Notes: generated by a model not told the origin, from the sequence alone. DNA of 64,000 bases from an uncultured Candidatus Saccharibacteria bacterium (GCA_964360855.1 CAYHXV010000002.1:97-64096); one strand, 5' to 3'; numbered from the stretch's first letter, positions 38,893-48,825 are shown. A program made the numbers and translations.

Positions 38893-40800
38893 ATGTCAGC
38901 AGCACCTGCTCCGGCTCCGGCTCCTCGTGATCGACCTCAAGGAGACCGTCCGGCACGCTCCGAAGGAGGGCGCCCTCGCGGGTCTCGCGGTGGACGCACT
39001 CGAACTGATCGCCCGGGAGGCGTTGGTCGCGATATCCGTCGCACCCTTCGCCGTCCTGGTGGCTCCTCTCCTCAAGGAAGCGCATCTATAGAAAAGAACA
39101 AGCCTGATTACTTCCCCACTCCTTGTGACGAGAAGACGGTACGTATCGTACCGCTTGGAGGCGTCGAAGAAGTTGGACGCAACATGTTTGCTGTAGAAAC
39201 CCAGAACGATATCTTCGTCTGTGACGCAGGATTTCAGTTTGTCCCGGGAGGAACAAACCCTGGCGTGGATTACATACTCCCCAACACCCGCTACCTAGAG
39301 AAAAATCAGGACCGTGTTCGTGCCGTCATTATTACGCACGGCCACCTGGACCACATCGGCGGCATTCCCTTCCTTATGGGACGATTTGGTAATCCTCCTA
39401 TCTACACGCAAAACCTCACCTCGATAATGATTGCGAAGCGCCAGGAGGAGTATCCGGACATGCCGGCACTTGATATTCGTGTGGTGGAGCCCGGCAGTAC
39501 ACACACTATTGGTAGTTCTCGTGTAAAGTTCTTCCCGGTCACGCACTCTATCCCCGACTCAATGGGTATCTCTATCGAGACTCCATGGGGCAATGTGGTT
39601 GCTACCGGAGACTTGAAGCTCGATCATGAAAACGGCATCCCCGCCGATCACGAGCAAAAGAAATGGGCTTCAATCGGGCAAGACAATAACCTATTCTTCA
39701 TTGCCGATTCTACAAACGCTGAGCGTGACGGGTTTTCTATTCCAGAGCGTCGCGTAAATGAGACACTTGAGAACATTGTACGCACCGTACAGGGTCGCCT
39801 CATTATTGGTACCTTTGCTTCACAATTTGAGCGCATGATCCGCATCATTCAAATTGCGGAGAGTATGGGCAAGAAGATTGTAATGGAAGGTAGATCGATG
39901 CGTACCAACCTGGAGATTGCTCAGATCACCGGACTCCTTACGGTAAAAAAGGAGACCATCATTACGGCACAAGAAATTCAAGACTATCCTCCAGACAAGG
40001 TGGTGGTCCTTGCTACCGGTGCCCAGGGCGAAGAGTTTGCAGCGCTCATGCGTATTGCAACCAAACAACACAAGAACATCATCCTATCTCCGCGCGACAC
40101 AGTGGTACTCTCGTCCTCGGTTATTCCAGGGAACGAAATCTCCGTACAAAACCTAAAGGACATGCTGTACCGAAACGGCGCAACACTTATTCACTATAAG
40201 TCTTCGGACGTGCACTCAACCGGACACGGAAACTCTGGAGAACTAGTCTGGATCAACCAGCAGGTAGGCGCCAAGTTCTTCATGCCCGCCTATGGCTACT
40301 ACTCTATGACCGCCTGCCACGCCAAGGCGGTGGAGCAGGCAGGGCGCCCACGTGAGCAGATTGTACTTGCAGACAATGGTTCGGTTATCGATCTCATCGA
40401 GGGCAAAACCATGTTTGTACACAAAGAGAAGGTACCAAGCTCCCCGCTGGTGGTGGATGGATTCTCTATTGGAGACATTCAGGAGGTGGTTATCCGGGAT
40501 CGCCAGGCACTCTCGAAGGACGGTATGTTCGTTATCATTGCGACAGTTAATCTGAAGACCGGAAAACTCCGCAAGAGTCCGGATATCATTAGTCGCGGGT
40601 TTATCTATCTGCGAGAGAATCAAGAGATGTTGAGCCAGGCACGGCTCCTCATTCAAAAGACCGTGGAGGATACTACCGAGGGTATGAACCCGGTGGATCT
40701 CGATTATGTGAAGAATGCACTCTCAGACACGATGGCCGGGTATTTGTTCACCCGAACAAATAAGGCACCGATGGTGATTCCGGTGTTGATTGGAGTTTAA
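38893..40800 (+). CDS. rnj: Ribonuclease J
   Basis: PLGGVEEVGRNM, THGHLDHIG, HSIPD, DSTNA, HSTGH. Confidence 0.97.
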   Translation: MSAAPAPAPAPRDRPQGDRPARSEGGRPRGSRGGRTRTDRPGGVGRDIRRTLRRPGGSSPQGSASIEKNKPDYFPTPCDEKTVRIVPLGGVEEVGRNMFAVETQNDIFVCDAGFQFVPGGTNPGVDYILPNTRYLEKNQDRVRAVIITHGHLDHIGGIPFLMGRFGNPPIYTQNLTSIMIAKRQEEYPDMPALDIRVVEPGSTHTIGSSRVKFFPVTHSIPDSMGISIETPWGNVVATGDLKLDHENGIPADHEQKKWASIGQDNNLFFIADSTNAERDGFSIPERRVNETLENIVRTVQGRLIIGTFASQFERMIRIIQIAESMGKKIVMEGRSMRTNLEIAQITGLLTVKKETIITAQEIQDYPPDKVVVLATGAQGEEFAALMRIATKQHKNIILSPRDTVVLSSSVIPGNEISVQNLKDMLYRNGATLIHYKSSDVHSTGHGNSGELVWINQQVGAKFFMPAYGYYSMTACHAKAVEQAGRPREQIVLADNGSVIDLIEGKTMFVHKEKVPSSPLVVDGFSIGDIQEVVIRDRQALSKDGMFVIIATVNLKTGKLRKSPDIISRGFIYLRENQEMLSQARLLIQKTVEDTTEGMNPVDLDYVKNALSDTMAGYLFTRTNKAPMVIPVLIGV

Positions 40801-40815
40801 GAGTGTACGTTTAGG

Positions 40816-40849
40816 AAGCAACACGCCGCACTTGTGCGGCGTGTTGCTT
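40816..40849 (+). terminator. rnj terminator
   Basis: AAGCAACACGCCGCA...TGCGGCGTGTTGCTTTT. Confidence 0.85.
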
Positions 40850-40871
40850 TTGTAATGCTACAATTTCCTCG

Positions 40872-42029
40872 ATGCACCCCCGGCGTGTTCTCTCCATCGG
40901 AAACTTCTTTTCCGCAATGCACTTCTTTTTGATTGTGTATGTGATAGGTCCGTACTTGGCCACCTTCCTTCCAGACAATCAAACCGGGCTTGTGGTGGCA
41001 GCAGGCGCGGTTGGCACACTCATTGCCTTCCCCTTCATGCCCCGCATTGCTGGGCGATACGGGGTGCGCAAGACCGCAATTGTGGTGGCAAGCTTGCTTG
41101 CCATTGCGCTGTTGCTTCTTGCGGGACAGCCTCCCTTCTGGCTTGCAGCTTTTTCACTTGCTTTTGTGTGTGCCACCACACCTTTCATACAGTATTTGTT
41201 AGATCTCTTACTTGAAGCCACCGGCGTATCAGACGAGGAGACCGCGAGGGTGCGTACCCTCTACATCACCGCGGGAAACATTGCCCTTATTTTGGCACCT
41301 CTCCTCACTGCGTTTCTTTTGGACGGAACGAACGAATACTGGCGAGTGTTCCTTGTGGCGGCACTGTCTCTCGCTCCTTTCATTACCTTATTCCTTTTTG
41401 AGAAGCTACCCGAGCAGGCTCCTCGACGCCGAGCAAGGCTTTTGGAGAGCTGCAACTGCTTGATGCAGCAGGCAGACATTCGAGCAGTTATATTCGGGAA
41501 TGGTGTTCTGCAGTTCTTCTATCATTTGGCTCCCCTCTATATTCCTCTGTATTTGCACGGTGTCCTTGGTATGCCCTGGTCTCAGTTAGGGTGGATGTTT
41601 GCGGTTATGCTCCTGCCCTTTGTGCTTATCGAGTACCCTGCTGGATACGTTGCAGACAAATGGATTGGAGAGAAGGAGCTTCTTATCACGGGATTTATTA
41701 TTACCAGCATCTCCTTTGCAGCTCTTGCCTTTGTAACGGTTGCGACACCACTCTACCTCTTGCTTGGCATACTGGTGGCTACTCGCATCGGAAGTGCGTT
41801 GGTTGAAGCAATGGTTGAAGGGCACTTCTTTAAGCACGTCTCAACAGAGGACGCCAACACGGTGACCCTCTATCGTATGACCAGGCCCGTTGCCGCGCTC
41901 CTCGCTCCCCTCTCCGCAAGTCTATTGCTCTTTGTAACGGGTAGCTACTTTATATTCTTCATTGCTATGGGAGTGGTGCTCCTTGGTGCGGGACTCGGGA
42001 GTACGTACTTTATTAAAGACGAGCGCTAG
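40872..42029 (+). CDS. MFS transporter
   Basis: About 12 TM helices; G...D+.G.K motif. Confidence 0.9.
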   Translation: MHPRRVLSIGNFFSAMHFFLIVYVIGPYLATFLPDNQTGLVVAAGAVGTLIAFPFMPRIAGRYGVRKTAIVVASLLAIALLLLAGQPPFWLAAFSLAFVCATTPFIQYLLDLLLEATGVSDEETARVRTLYITAGNIALILAPLLTAFLLDGTNEYWRVFLVAALSLAPFITLFLFEKLPEQAPRRRARLLESCNCLMQQADIRAVIFGNGVLQFFYHLAPLYIPLYLHGVLGMPWSQLGWMFAVMLLPFVLIEYPAGYVADKWIGEKELLITGFIITSISFAALAFVTVATPLYLLLGILVATRIGSALVEAMVEGHFFKHVSTEDANTVTLYRMTRPVAALLAPLSASLLLFVTGSYFIFFIAMGVVLLGAGLGSTYFIKDER

Positions 42030-42832
42030 AGCGGAAGGGTGTATCGGTCTCCCTGCCGAGCAACTAATCCTTCTTTGAGGAGTGCAGTTAGCTGCTCTTC
42101 TGTTTGTTTCTTTCGCTCAGTGCCAAGTACCTGCAGAAGTTTTGGTCGGGTACAGAAACCCTGTGCAAGGGCTCGAAGCAAGGCACCGCGAGCCTCGCGG
42201 TCTGAGCCCTTGAATGGAGTCTGCTTTGTGTACCCCTTGGCCTTTTTGTTTATACGGACTCCGGAACGCTTCAGGAAGGCACCATAGTCCATGAGAGCGG
42301 CATACCATTCTCGTGCGCGCCCTTTTGGGAACACCTTGGTGAGAATCGCAAGAACTTCAGAATCATGGACCACCTTTTTGTGAGGAAAGAAGTGGTACGT
42401 TATAGCCGTGCGGATGTTTGTTTCTATGAAAATGCCGTCTGCATTGTAGGCAAATGCTGCCACCGCATGTGCGGTGTATGGGCCGATACCCGGGAGTTGT
42501 TCTAACTCAGCGGCAGTTTGTGGGAACTTCTTGTATTCCGACACAACCACCTTTGCAGCCGCATGGAGCATCTTTGCCCGTCTGTTGTATCCAAGTCCTT
42601 GCCAGAGAATGACTACGTCCCCGAGCGAAGCGTTCGCGAGCTTTTGCACGGCTCCAAACTTCTTCAAGAAACGTTCATAGTATGGAAGCACCCGCTCCAC
42701 CTGTGTCTGCTGGAGCATTATCTCAGAGACGAGAATCCGGTATGGGTCTTTCGTCTTTCTCCAGGGCAGGTCATGCCTGCCGTGCAGGCGATAGTGTTTC
42801 CAGACGAGGGTTCTAAACTTCTGGGTTGTCAT
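42026..42832 (-). CDS. mutY: A/G-specific adenine glycosylase (short MutY without Fe-S cluster)
   Basis: LPWR, PY.ILVSEIMLQQTQV, WQGLGY.RRA, LPGIGPYTA. Confidence 0.9.
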   Translation of the reverse strand: MTTQKFRTLVWKHYRLHGRHDLPWRKTKDPYRILVSEIMLQQTQVERVLPYYERFLKKFGAVQKLANASLGDVVILWQGLGYNRRAKMLHAAAKVVVSEYKKFPQTAAELEQLPGIGPYTAHAVAAFAYNADGIFIETNIRTAITYHFFPHKKVVHDSEVLAILTKVFPKGRAREWYAALMDYGAFLKRSGVRINKKAKGYTKQTPFKGSDREARGALLRALAQGFCTRPKLLQVLGTERKKQTEEQLTALLKEGLVARQGDRYTLPL

Positions 42833-43034
42833 TCAGGATAATGGAGGGCTGCTCAGGAACCACCGCTATGGCAATCACATAGCACAGAATTCCCGGAGCA
42901 AGACCAGTGAATACGGTTGCCATGAGGTATAGGAGACGGATAAGAACAGGGTCAACATCAAAGTACTCGCCAACGCCCCCGCACACGCCAGCTAGTACCT
43001 TATTGTCTCGGCTACGATAGAGTCGTTTTGTCAT
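42813..43034 (-). CDS. pspC: PspC domain protein
   Basis: KRLYRS....LAGVCGG.GEYFD.DP..IR. Confidence 0.92.
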   Translation of the reverse strand: MTKRLYRSRDNKVLAGVCGGVGEYFDVDPVLIRLLYLMATVFTGLAPGILCYVIAIAVVPEQPSIILNDNPEV

Positions 43035-43179
43035 GGAGGGAGTATAACAGAACTTCAAAACCTGTCTCATTTCACCAATAGTAGTGAGGCATTGAGCCGT
43101 TACGCAACTATTGACTTTAATACTAAAAGGTGCTATATTTATAGACAGTATACCATCAACTCATACGGAGGATCTGGTG

Positions 43180-45000
43180 ATGTTCCTTGCCAGTACTAAC
43201 GAATCCCTCCGCGAGCTTTCACGTGCAATTGGAACGGTACTGCGTGATGCATGGCGCGACAACAAGCGCCAACTTCTGTTCGTACTGGTTCTAACCATGT
43301 CGCTTGCGGCCCTGCCCTTTGTTGAGCAGGGCGTCCAGGCGCTTCTGCTCAATCACCTCGTGCGTAGCGTACAACTGCATCGAATGGACAGCGTGCTCAT
43401 AACCTTGCTCGCGACTACCGCGATCCTTGTTTGTGCACGTGATGTTATTCGCAGCGGCGTGAACTACGTTCGTCGTGTCTATTGGTTCGAACGCCGACAA
43501 CACTACGAGACAGTCTATGGCGCGAAATTAGCAACGCTTGATACTGCGACCCACGAGGACCCAGCTTTTCGAGACAAGATTCAACTCCTTCAGGAGTATG
43601 GGTCAAGCATGCTTGTTGCCAATTTCTTTGACTCCGTCATAGACATTGGCGAAACGCTCGTCCGTTTCGGCTCAGCGCTCGTCATCGTGCTCGTCTTCGA
43701 CTGGCGCCTCGCGGTCCTCATCCTTGTAGCAGCCGCGCCTCAACTCTACATCGAGCTTCGCTACAGCAAGGGCATCTGGTCGGCCTACGACAAGAACTCA
43801 GCTGAACGCAGACTCTATGCTGAACTACGGCGACACTCTCAGACCCCCGGGGGCGTGCGCGAAATGCATACCTTCCAGTCAACCCCCTACTTCCTTAAGC
43901 GCATGCAACAATCGCTTAGCACCTTCATCTCCTCTCAAGTTGATGAGGATAGGAAGAAGGTAGGGCTGCAAATCGCATCCGGCCTTCTGCTTGCAGTCGC
44001 ACTTGCGATTGCGCTAGTAATGCTCGTCATGCGCGTTCTGGCCGGCTCGCTGGAAATTGGCTCCTTTGTGTTTGTGTTTGGGACCATAACAATGCTCGAC
44101 GGCGCTGCAAGCATGTTTCTCGTGAATCTCGCTGGTCTCCGGCGTGATGCACGAGTCGCAAGCTCCTTCTTCGACGTTATAGCTACAAAGCCGCGGATAA
44201 GTAATTCGGAACATGGCGCAAAGCTCAGCAATGAACGCGCGCCGTGCATCGAATTCCGAAACGTGTCGTTCTCCTACCCAGGCCGACCCGAAAGCGAGCA
44301 GATCCTGAAAAATTTCTCGCTCATTATCGAACCTGGAGAACGTCTTGCATTGGTCGGCGTGAACGGCGCCGGCAAATCAACGCTTATCAAGCTCCTGTGC
44401 CGCTTCTATGACCCCACAGAAGGAGCAATCTTTCTTGATGGCATCGACCTGCGAGACGTGAGCCTGCAAAGCTGGTACGAGCATCTTGCGCTTCTGGCGC
44501 AGGATTTTGAGACTTATCAACTTCGCACGTCGGAGCTGATACGTCTCGGCCGTATTGACGCCGATTCCGAGTTTGCGACCATGGCACGAGCAGCACACCG
44601 CTCAGAGTCCTCTGCATTCATTGAGGAGTGGGGCGACCGATATGAACAACAGCTCGGCGTTCAGTTTGTCGGCGGAATCGATCCGTCTGGCGGACAGAAG
44701 CAGAAGCTCGCGCTTGCGCGAGCACTGTATCGGGATGCACTAGTAAGCGTCCTCGACGAGCCAACCGCTCACGTTGACGCTGGGGCAGAGCAGGAAATCT
44801 TTGAACGTCTTGAATCCGAGCTCCGGCCCGAACAGACGCTCATCCTGATTTCGCACCGGTTCTCAACGGTACGAAATGCATCACGAATCTGCGTCATCAA
44901 GGACGGCACCGTTCACGAGCTTGGCTCCCACGAGGAGCTGGTGCGCATGAACGGCACCTACGCCGAACTATTTGAAAAGCAAGCGGAAGGATACCGTTAG
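43180..45000 (+). CDS. ABC transporter, fused permease and ATP-binding domains
   Basis: TM domain plus GVNGAGKS, SGGQKQ, LDEPT, SHR; GGAGGA SD. Confidence 0.95.
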   Translation: MFLASTNESLRELSRAIGTVLRDAWRDNKRQLLFVLVLTMSLAALPFVEQGVQALLLNHLVRSVQLHRMDSVLITLLATTAILVCARDVIRSGVNYVRRVYWFERRQHYETVYGAKLATLDTATHEDPAFRDKIQLLQEYGSSMLVANFFDSVIDIGETLVRFGSALVIVLVFDWRLAVLILVAAAPQLYIELRYSKGIWSAYDKNSAERRLYAELRRHSQTPGGVREMHTFQSTPYFLKRMQQSLSTFISSQVDEDRKKVGLQIASGLLLAVALAIALVMLVMRVLAGSLEIGSFVFVFGTITMLDGAASMFLVNLAGLRRDARVASSFFDVIATKPRISNSEHGAKLSNERAPCIEFRNVSFSYPGRPESEQILKNFSLIIEPGERLALVGVNGAGKSTLIKLLCRFYDPTEGAIFLDGIDLRDVSLQSWYEHLALLAQDFETYQLRTSELIRLGRIDADSEFATMARAAHRSESSAFIEEWGDRYEQQLGVQFVGGIDPSGGQKQKLALARALYRDALVSVLDEPTAHVDAGAEQEIFERLESELRPEQTLILISHRFSTVRNASRICVIKDGTVHELGSHEELVRMNGTYAELFEKQAEGYR

Positions 45001-45016
45001 TACCTTTGAACTTAAG

Positions 45017-45047
45017 GCCGCGCCACTAACCATGGCGCGGCTCTTTT
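45017..45047 (+). terminator. Terminator
   Basis: GCCGCGCCA...TGGCGCGGC-TCTTTT. Confidence 0.75.
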
Positions 45048-45062
45048 ATATCAATACCTTAC

Positions 45063-45755
45063 CTACATCTCATAAATAACATCCTTGTGCTCCACCACCA
45101 TCTCCCATAGCTTCTGCTTGGCATGGCGGTACAGCACTCGGTTTGGGTTAAATGCTATGGAGGATTCTGTGAGATCAAGCATAGAAATATCAGACTCGGT
45201 GGAACCAACACCATAGGAACCATTGAGCGTTAGGTTGTTCTTTTTTATGGCGCGCATCAAGATTGCTCCCTTGTTCATAATCAGGTGCTCGTCGCTAATC
45301 TCTCCCGAGAAGCGATTACTTGCCCCCGTCTCATAGAACACTCCGTACGATTTATCAAACCCAAGCTCATACGCATACCCGTCCACAATGAACTTCGGAG
45401 AATACGATATAGCAAGGAGATAGTGTCCCTTCTTTTTCAGTTCCTTCACTAAGTCACGCGTGTAATGAAAGGTTCGGTCTCGATTAGCTTCTATGAGCTC
45501 TCCGGCAATATCTGCGATCACCCCATACTCGATGCCCTTTGCGTGCACTGCAAATGCATCGATGAGTTTGCGCATAAAGGGACCACTCTCCCCGCGTTTG
45601 TTCTGGAGTTCACCATCGGTACCCTGCGTGAGGGCAAGTACCTTGGTTGGAAATAACTCCCGGCGAACGAGCTCCTCCATAAGGGAGACTAGTAGTGAGG
45701 AGCGGTACAGGGTGCCGTCTATATCAAATACCGCCACGGGGCGCTTCTTTTCCAT
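45063..45755 (-). CDS. HAD-IB family phosphatase (SerB-like)
   Basis: FDIDGT motif I, IS.SP, K, GSTESD, AFNP; true start MEKK has a -10 element 6 nt upstream. Confidence 0.88.
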   Translation of the reverse strand: MEKKRPVAVFDIDGTLYRSSLLVSLMEELVRRELFPTKVLALTQGTDGELQNKRGESGPFMRKLIDAFAVHAKGIEYGVIADIAGELIEANRDRTFHYTRDLVKELKKKGHYLLAISYSPKFIVDGYAYELGFDKSYGVFYETGASNRFSGEISDEHLIMNKGAILMRAIKKNNLTLNGSYGVGSTESDISMLDLTESSIAFNPNRVLYRHAKQKLWEMVVEHKDVIYEM

Positions 45756-45779
45756 AGGTCTATGGTACTCCTCTGGAAA

Positions 45780-45814
45780 GCAAAACACACTTCCGGAGAA
45801 GTGTGCATTTTTGC
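45780..45814 (-). terminator. Terminator of the candidate ncRNA
   Basis: CACACTTC-TCCG-GAAGTGTG-TTTT on the minus strand. Confidence 0.7.
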
Positions 45815-45833
45815 GAGAAAGATCAGAATGAGG

Positions 45834-46040
45834 TTGTGGACCTGAACTCCTGGGGGAGGGGCATGGGTTTCCCCAAACCATAAGACACAGCGCAACGGAA
45901 CCGTGGGTATGGCCGGACTGAAATACAAAAGCACAGTCGGGAATTTGATGAAACGGCCGTTTCATCAGCGCATGCCACTTGGCAGTTGTTGCGTCCCTCT
46001 CGAGAGCGGTAAGCCGCCCCCGCAAGGTTCAGGCCCACAA
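45834..46040 (-). ncRNA. Candidate structured ncRNA of about 207 nt (6S-like or novel)
   Basis: 14-bp closing stem, nested stems and four hairpins; upstream promoter and downstream terminator. Confidence 0.65.
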
Positions 46041-46072
46041 ATGCATACTAAACCTTTCTTTCTTAAAAGCAA

Positions 46073-46753
46073 CTACTTCGCCCGAGGCCACCGCTGCTCC
46101 GCTTCTGGCCATATTTTTGTTAGTGGATGCTCTGCGCACTCATGGGGAAGCGCCGGACACACATACCTGCCGTACAGAACCAGTCCATTATTCACATACT
46201 TCCAGTCCTCCGTAGGTACGAGTGCTTCCAAGTCCTTAGAGATCTTGGTAAGGTCTTTGCTGTCCGTTAGATCAAACCTCAAAGCAAACCTACGCACATG
46301 GGTGTCTGTTGGGATTCCCTCATAGATTCCGTAGAGCTCACCCAGTACGACGTGCGCGGTTTTGTATGCCACTCCCGGAAGCATAATGAGCTCCTTCTCG
46401 GTACGAGGTACGTCTCCCCCAAACTTATCCAGTACTACCTTTGCGGCACCAATAATGTGCTTGGTCTTGTTTTGAAAAAAGGTAATCGAGGAAATCATCT
46501 CTGCAAACTCACTCGGTTCTGCTTTGGCAAGGTCCTGAACACTGCTATATCTCTTAAACAGGGTCTTTGTTACCATGTTCACTTTCTTGTCCGTGCACTG
46601 CGCAGACAAAATAACCGCCACCACCAACTGAAATGGCGTCTCGTATTCGAGTTCTGTCTTTGGCTCTGGATACGTTTTCTTTAGATAGGCAACTATCCTT
46701 TCCATTCGCTCACGCCTCTCCAGTGTCTGCTTTGTTGGAAACAGTTCAGGCAT
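46073..46753 (-). CDS. nth: Endonuclease III
   Basis: TPFQL..AVILSAQCTD..VN, LPGV..KTA, DTHV.R. Confidence 0.95.
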   Translation of the reverse strand: MPELFPTKQTLERRERMERIVAYLKKTYPEPKTELEYETPFQLVVAVILSAQCTDKKVNMVTKTLFKRYSSVQDLAKAEPSEFAEMISSITFFQNKTKHIIGAAKVVLDKFGGDVPRTEKELIMLPGVAYKTAHVVLGELYGIYEGIPTDTHVRRFALRFDLTDSKDLTKISKDLEALVPTEDWKYVNNGLVLYGRYVCPALPHECAEHPLTKIWPEAEQRWPRAK

Positions 46754-47213
46754 GCGCCTTCAAATCAGCAAGAACCTGTACCGCGTGCACTTCCGGCTTC
46801 ACGTTCTCATATATTTTGGCAATATTCCCTTTTGGATCAATGAGGAAGGAGGTACGGAAAATACCCTCATACTCGCGTCCCATCATCTTCTTGGTTCCCC
46901 ACACGCCGTATACCTGCACCATCTCCTTGCCCTCGTCCGCGAGGAGGGTGAACGGAAGAGTGTACTTCTCCGCAAACTTCTTGTGGCTGGCAACACTGTC
47001 TGCAGAAATACCAAACACCATTGCATTAAGTGCAGAGAAGTCAGGGAAGACATCCCGTATGGCTTGGGCTTCTTTGGTACACCCGGGCGTGTCGTCCTTA
47101 GGGTAAAAGTAGAGGAGTACCCACTTCCCTACGCACTCAGCAAGGGTATGCACCTCACCATTCTGATCAGGGAGTGAAAAGCTTGGAGCACGCTCACCAA
47201 CGGAAAGTTTCAT
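46746..47213 (-). CDS. bcp: Peroxiredoxin Bcp
   Basis: YFYPKDDTPGCTKEA, RTSFLID. Confidence 0.96.
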   Translation of the reverse strand: MKLSVGERAPSFSLPDQNGEVHTLAECVGKWVLLYFYPKDDTPGCTKEAQAIRDVFPDFSALNAMVFGISADSVASHKKFAEKYTLPFTLLADEGKEMVQVYGVWGTKKMMGREYEGIFRTSFLIDPKGNIAKIYENVKPEVHAVQVLADLKAHA

Positions 47214-47215
47214 AA

Positions 47216-48382
47216 TTATTGAAGTATATCTTCTTCAGGAGGATCGCTTCGGCTGAACCCTGCCCGGTATGCAATGGCAATGAGTGCACCGAGTGCTGCT
47301 GAGGTGAGCACACACACCACGAGAGGTCCAAGCACCGGAACCGAGCTCACCATATAGAGCGCCACGGTTCCAAGTACCGCCGTACGCCAGGTGATGCGGT
47401 CTTTCTTAAACAACGCACGAGAAAGAGCTGCGCCAGCAATAAGTCCTGCATACAAGTATGCGAGCATTAAAAGAAGCACGTAGAGCGCTGCAAGCAGTAC
47501 CGCAAGCGCAAATCCCACGAAGGAGATAAGGAGGAGCATGATAAGCACCGGGGTGGCAACAACAGTGGCAAATCCAAGAAGTGCAAAGAGTGACGACTTG
47601 CGTGGGGTTCGGCGCAGTGTTCGCTCCACCACCATCAATGCTAGTTGCGGGAAGAGACCCACCACCACTCCGGCCGCAATCACTATGGCCAGTATGCGCA
47701 CGACAAGAAGCACACCAGCGCCAGCGATAGCAAACCGCTTCGCTTCTTCGTTCGTGGGAAGGAATGCAGAGGAACCTGTGTAGGTTACTCCTCCGGCAAT
47801 TACCGCAGAAGCAGGTACCACTACCTGCTGGGGAGCGTCATATTTGAGGGAACCGGTAATCTGAGTACCCTCGGCGATGAATACCTTGTCTGAGGCCGTG
47901 ACGGTCACATCACCCTGAAGGAGACCAGAGAGATAGACATCAGCACCGTATACCATGACCTTCCCTCCGCTCCCACTAACGCGCACCGTTGCGCCAAGGA
48001 GGTGCATATCAGTGGCTGTGGTCGAGGCAGTGATGGTGCCTGCAATTGCCATCAAGTCTCCTCCAATAGTGCCGTCCACCAGTATCTCTCCTCCAACCGC
48101 ACGCACATCCCCCGCTACCGCCTTACGCACAGTTATCGTGCCTCCACCCAAAAGTGCATCCCCGGCAACACTCGAAGAAACAGAGAGGGTCGCGCCACTG
48201 GCAACTAAGTCCCCTCCTAAAGGAGCCGCCAGGGTGACATCGCTTCCTGCAACGTAGAGGTTCTCTGAAACGGGCTCAGAGACAACCACCGTGCGTGCCG
48301 AGGTGAGTGTTGCGGCACTAACAGACAAAGGAAGTGTTCCCAGAACTATGATTGCTAAGAGTACAGAAAAGCGTGAAATCAT
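47216..48382 (-). CDS. Membrane protein with N-terminal beta-helix (bactofilin/polymer-forming-like) repeats
   Basis: Signal peptide, V.GD...GG repeats, C-terminal TM helices. Confidence 0.8.
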   Translation of the reverse strand: MISRFSVLLAIIVLGTLPLSVSAATLTSARTVVVSEPVSENLYVAGSDVTLAAPLGGDLVASGATLSVSSSVAGDALLGGGTITVRKAVAGDVRAVGGEILVDGTIGGDLMAIAGTITASTTATDMHLLGATVRVSGSGGKVMVYGADVYLSGLLQGDVTVTASDKVFIAEGTQITGSLKYDAPQQVVVPASAVIAGGVTYTGSSAFLPTNEEAKRFAIAGAGVLLVVRILAIVIAAGVVVGLFPQLALMVVERTLRRTPRKSSLFALLGFATVVATPVLIMLLLISFVGFALAVLLAALYVLLLMLAYLYAGLIAGAALSRALFKKDRITWRTAVLGTVALYMVSSVPVLGPLVVCVLTSAALGALIAIAYRAGFSRSDPPEEDILQ

Positions 48383-48825
48383 ACGGAAGGAACGTTACTC
48401 TTAGTCTTTCGCCAAAGGTCCTGCAGTACAAAGAATATGAGGAACGAAATACCAGCTGAACCAATGCAGTACACACACAGTGCCTTGATAAGTACGAACT
48501 GAATTGCCAGGAATACGAGAGACGCGAGTGCCCCCGCAATACTAAGCACGTAGAGTGCGCGAGTGAGGAAACGATCGTGAAGCACAAGAAGCAATGCCGC
48601 GAGCACAAAAGTCACGGCATAAAACCCAACCCCATAGAGCGCAAGGGGAATGCCCAAGAAGTGTGAATACGGACTCTTGGCAACAATGTTGCAGCCATCA
48701 AGCGCCGCGCCAAGGTCGCATGAGAGCGCAGTGTTGGAGAGCGCACTGGCGGTCAGGTACCAGGCGTCGGCAATCCCCGCAAAAGCTAAGAGGAGGAGAA
48801 TCCAAACAAGTGCAGTTCGGTGCAT
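48379..48825 (-). CDS. Vitamin K epoxide reductase family protein
   Basis: C...C..V..S.YS..GIP and C-terminal CVYC motif. Confidence 0.93.
   Translation of the reverse strand: MHRTALVWILLLLAFAGIADAWYLTASALSNTALSCDLGAALDGCNIVAKSPYSHFLGIPLALYGVGFYAVTFVLAALLLVLHDRFLTRALYVLSIAGALASLVFLAIQFVLIKALCVYCIGSAGISFLIFFVLQDLWRKTKSNVPSV

Noticed and set aside
45940-45972. CTGATGA on the minus strand suggesting a hammerhead ribozyme
   Set aside because: No GAAA follows the stem; CTGATGA is simply one arm of a perfect hairpin
45756-46025. 90-aa N-terminal extension of the HAD ORF
   Set aside because: It overlaps a structured RNA and terminator; the real start MEKK has its own -10 element
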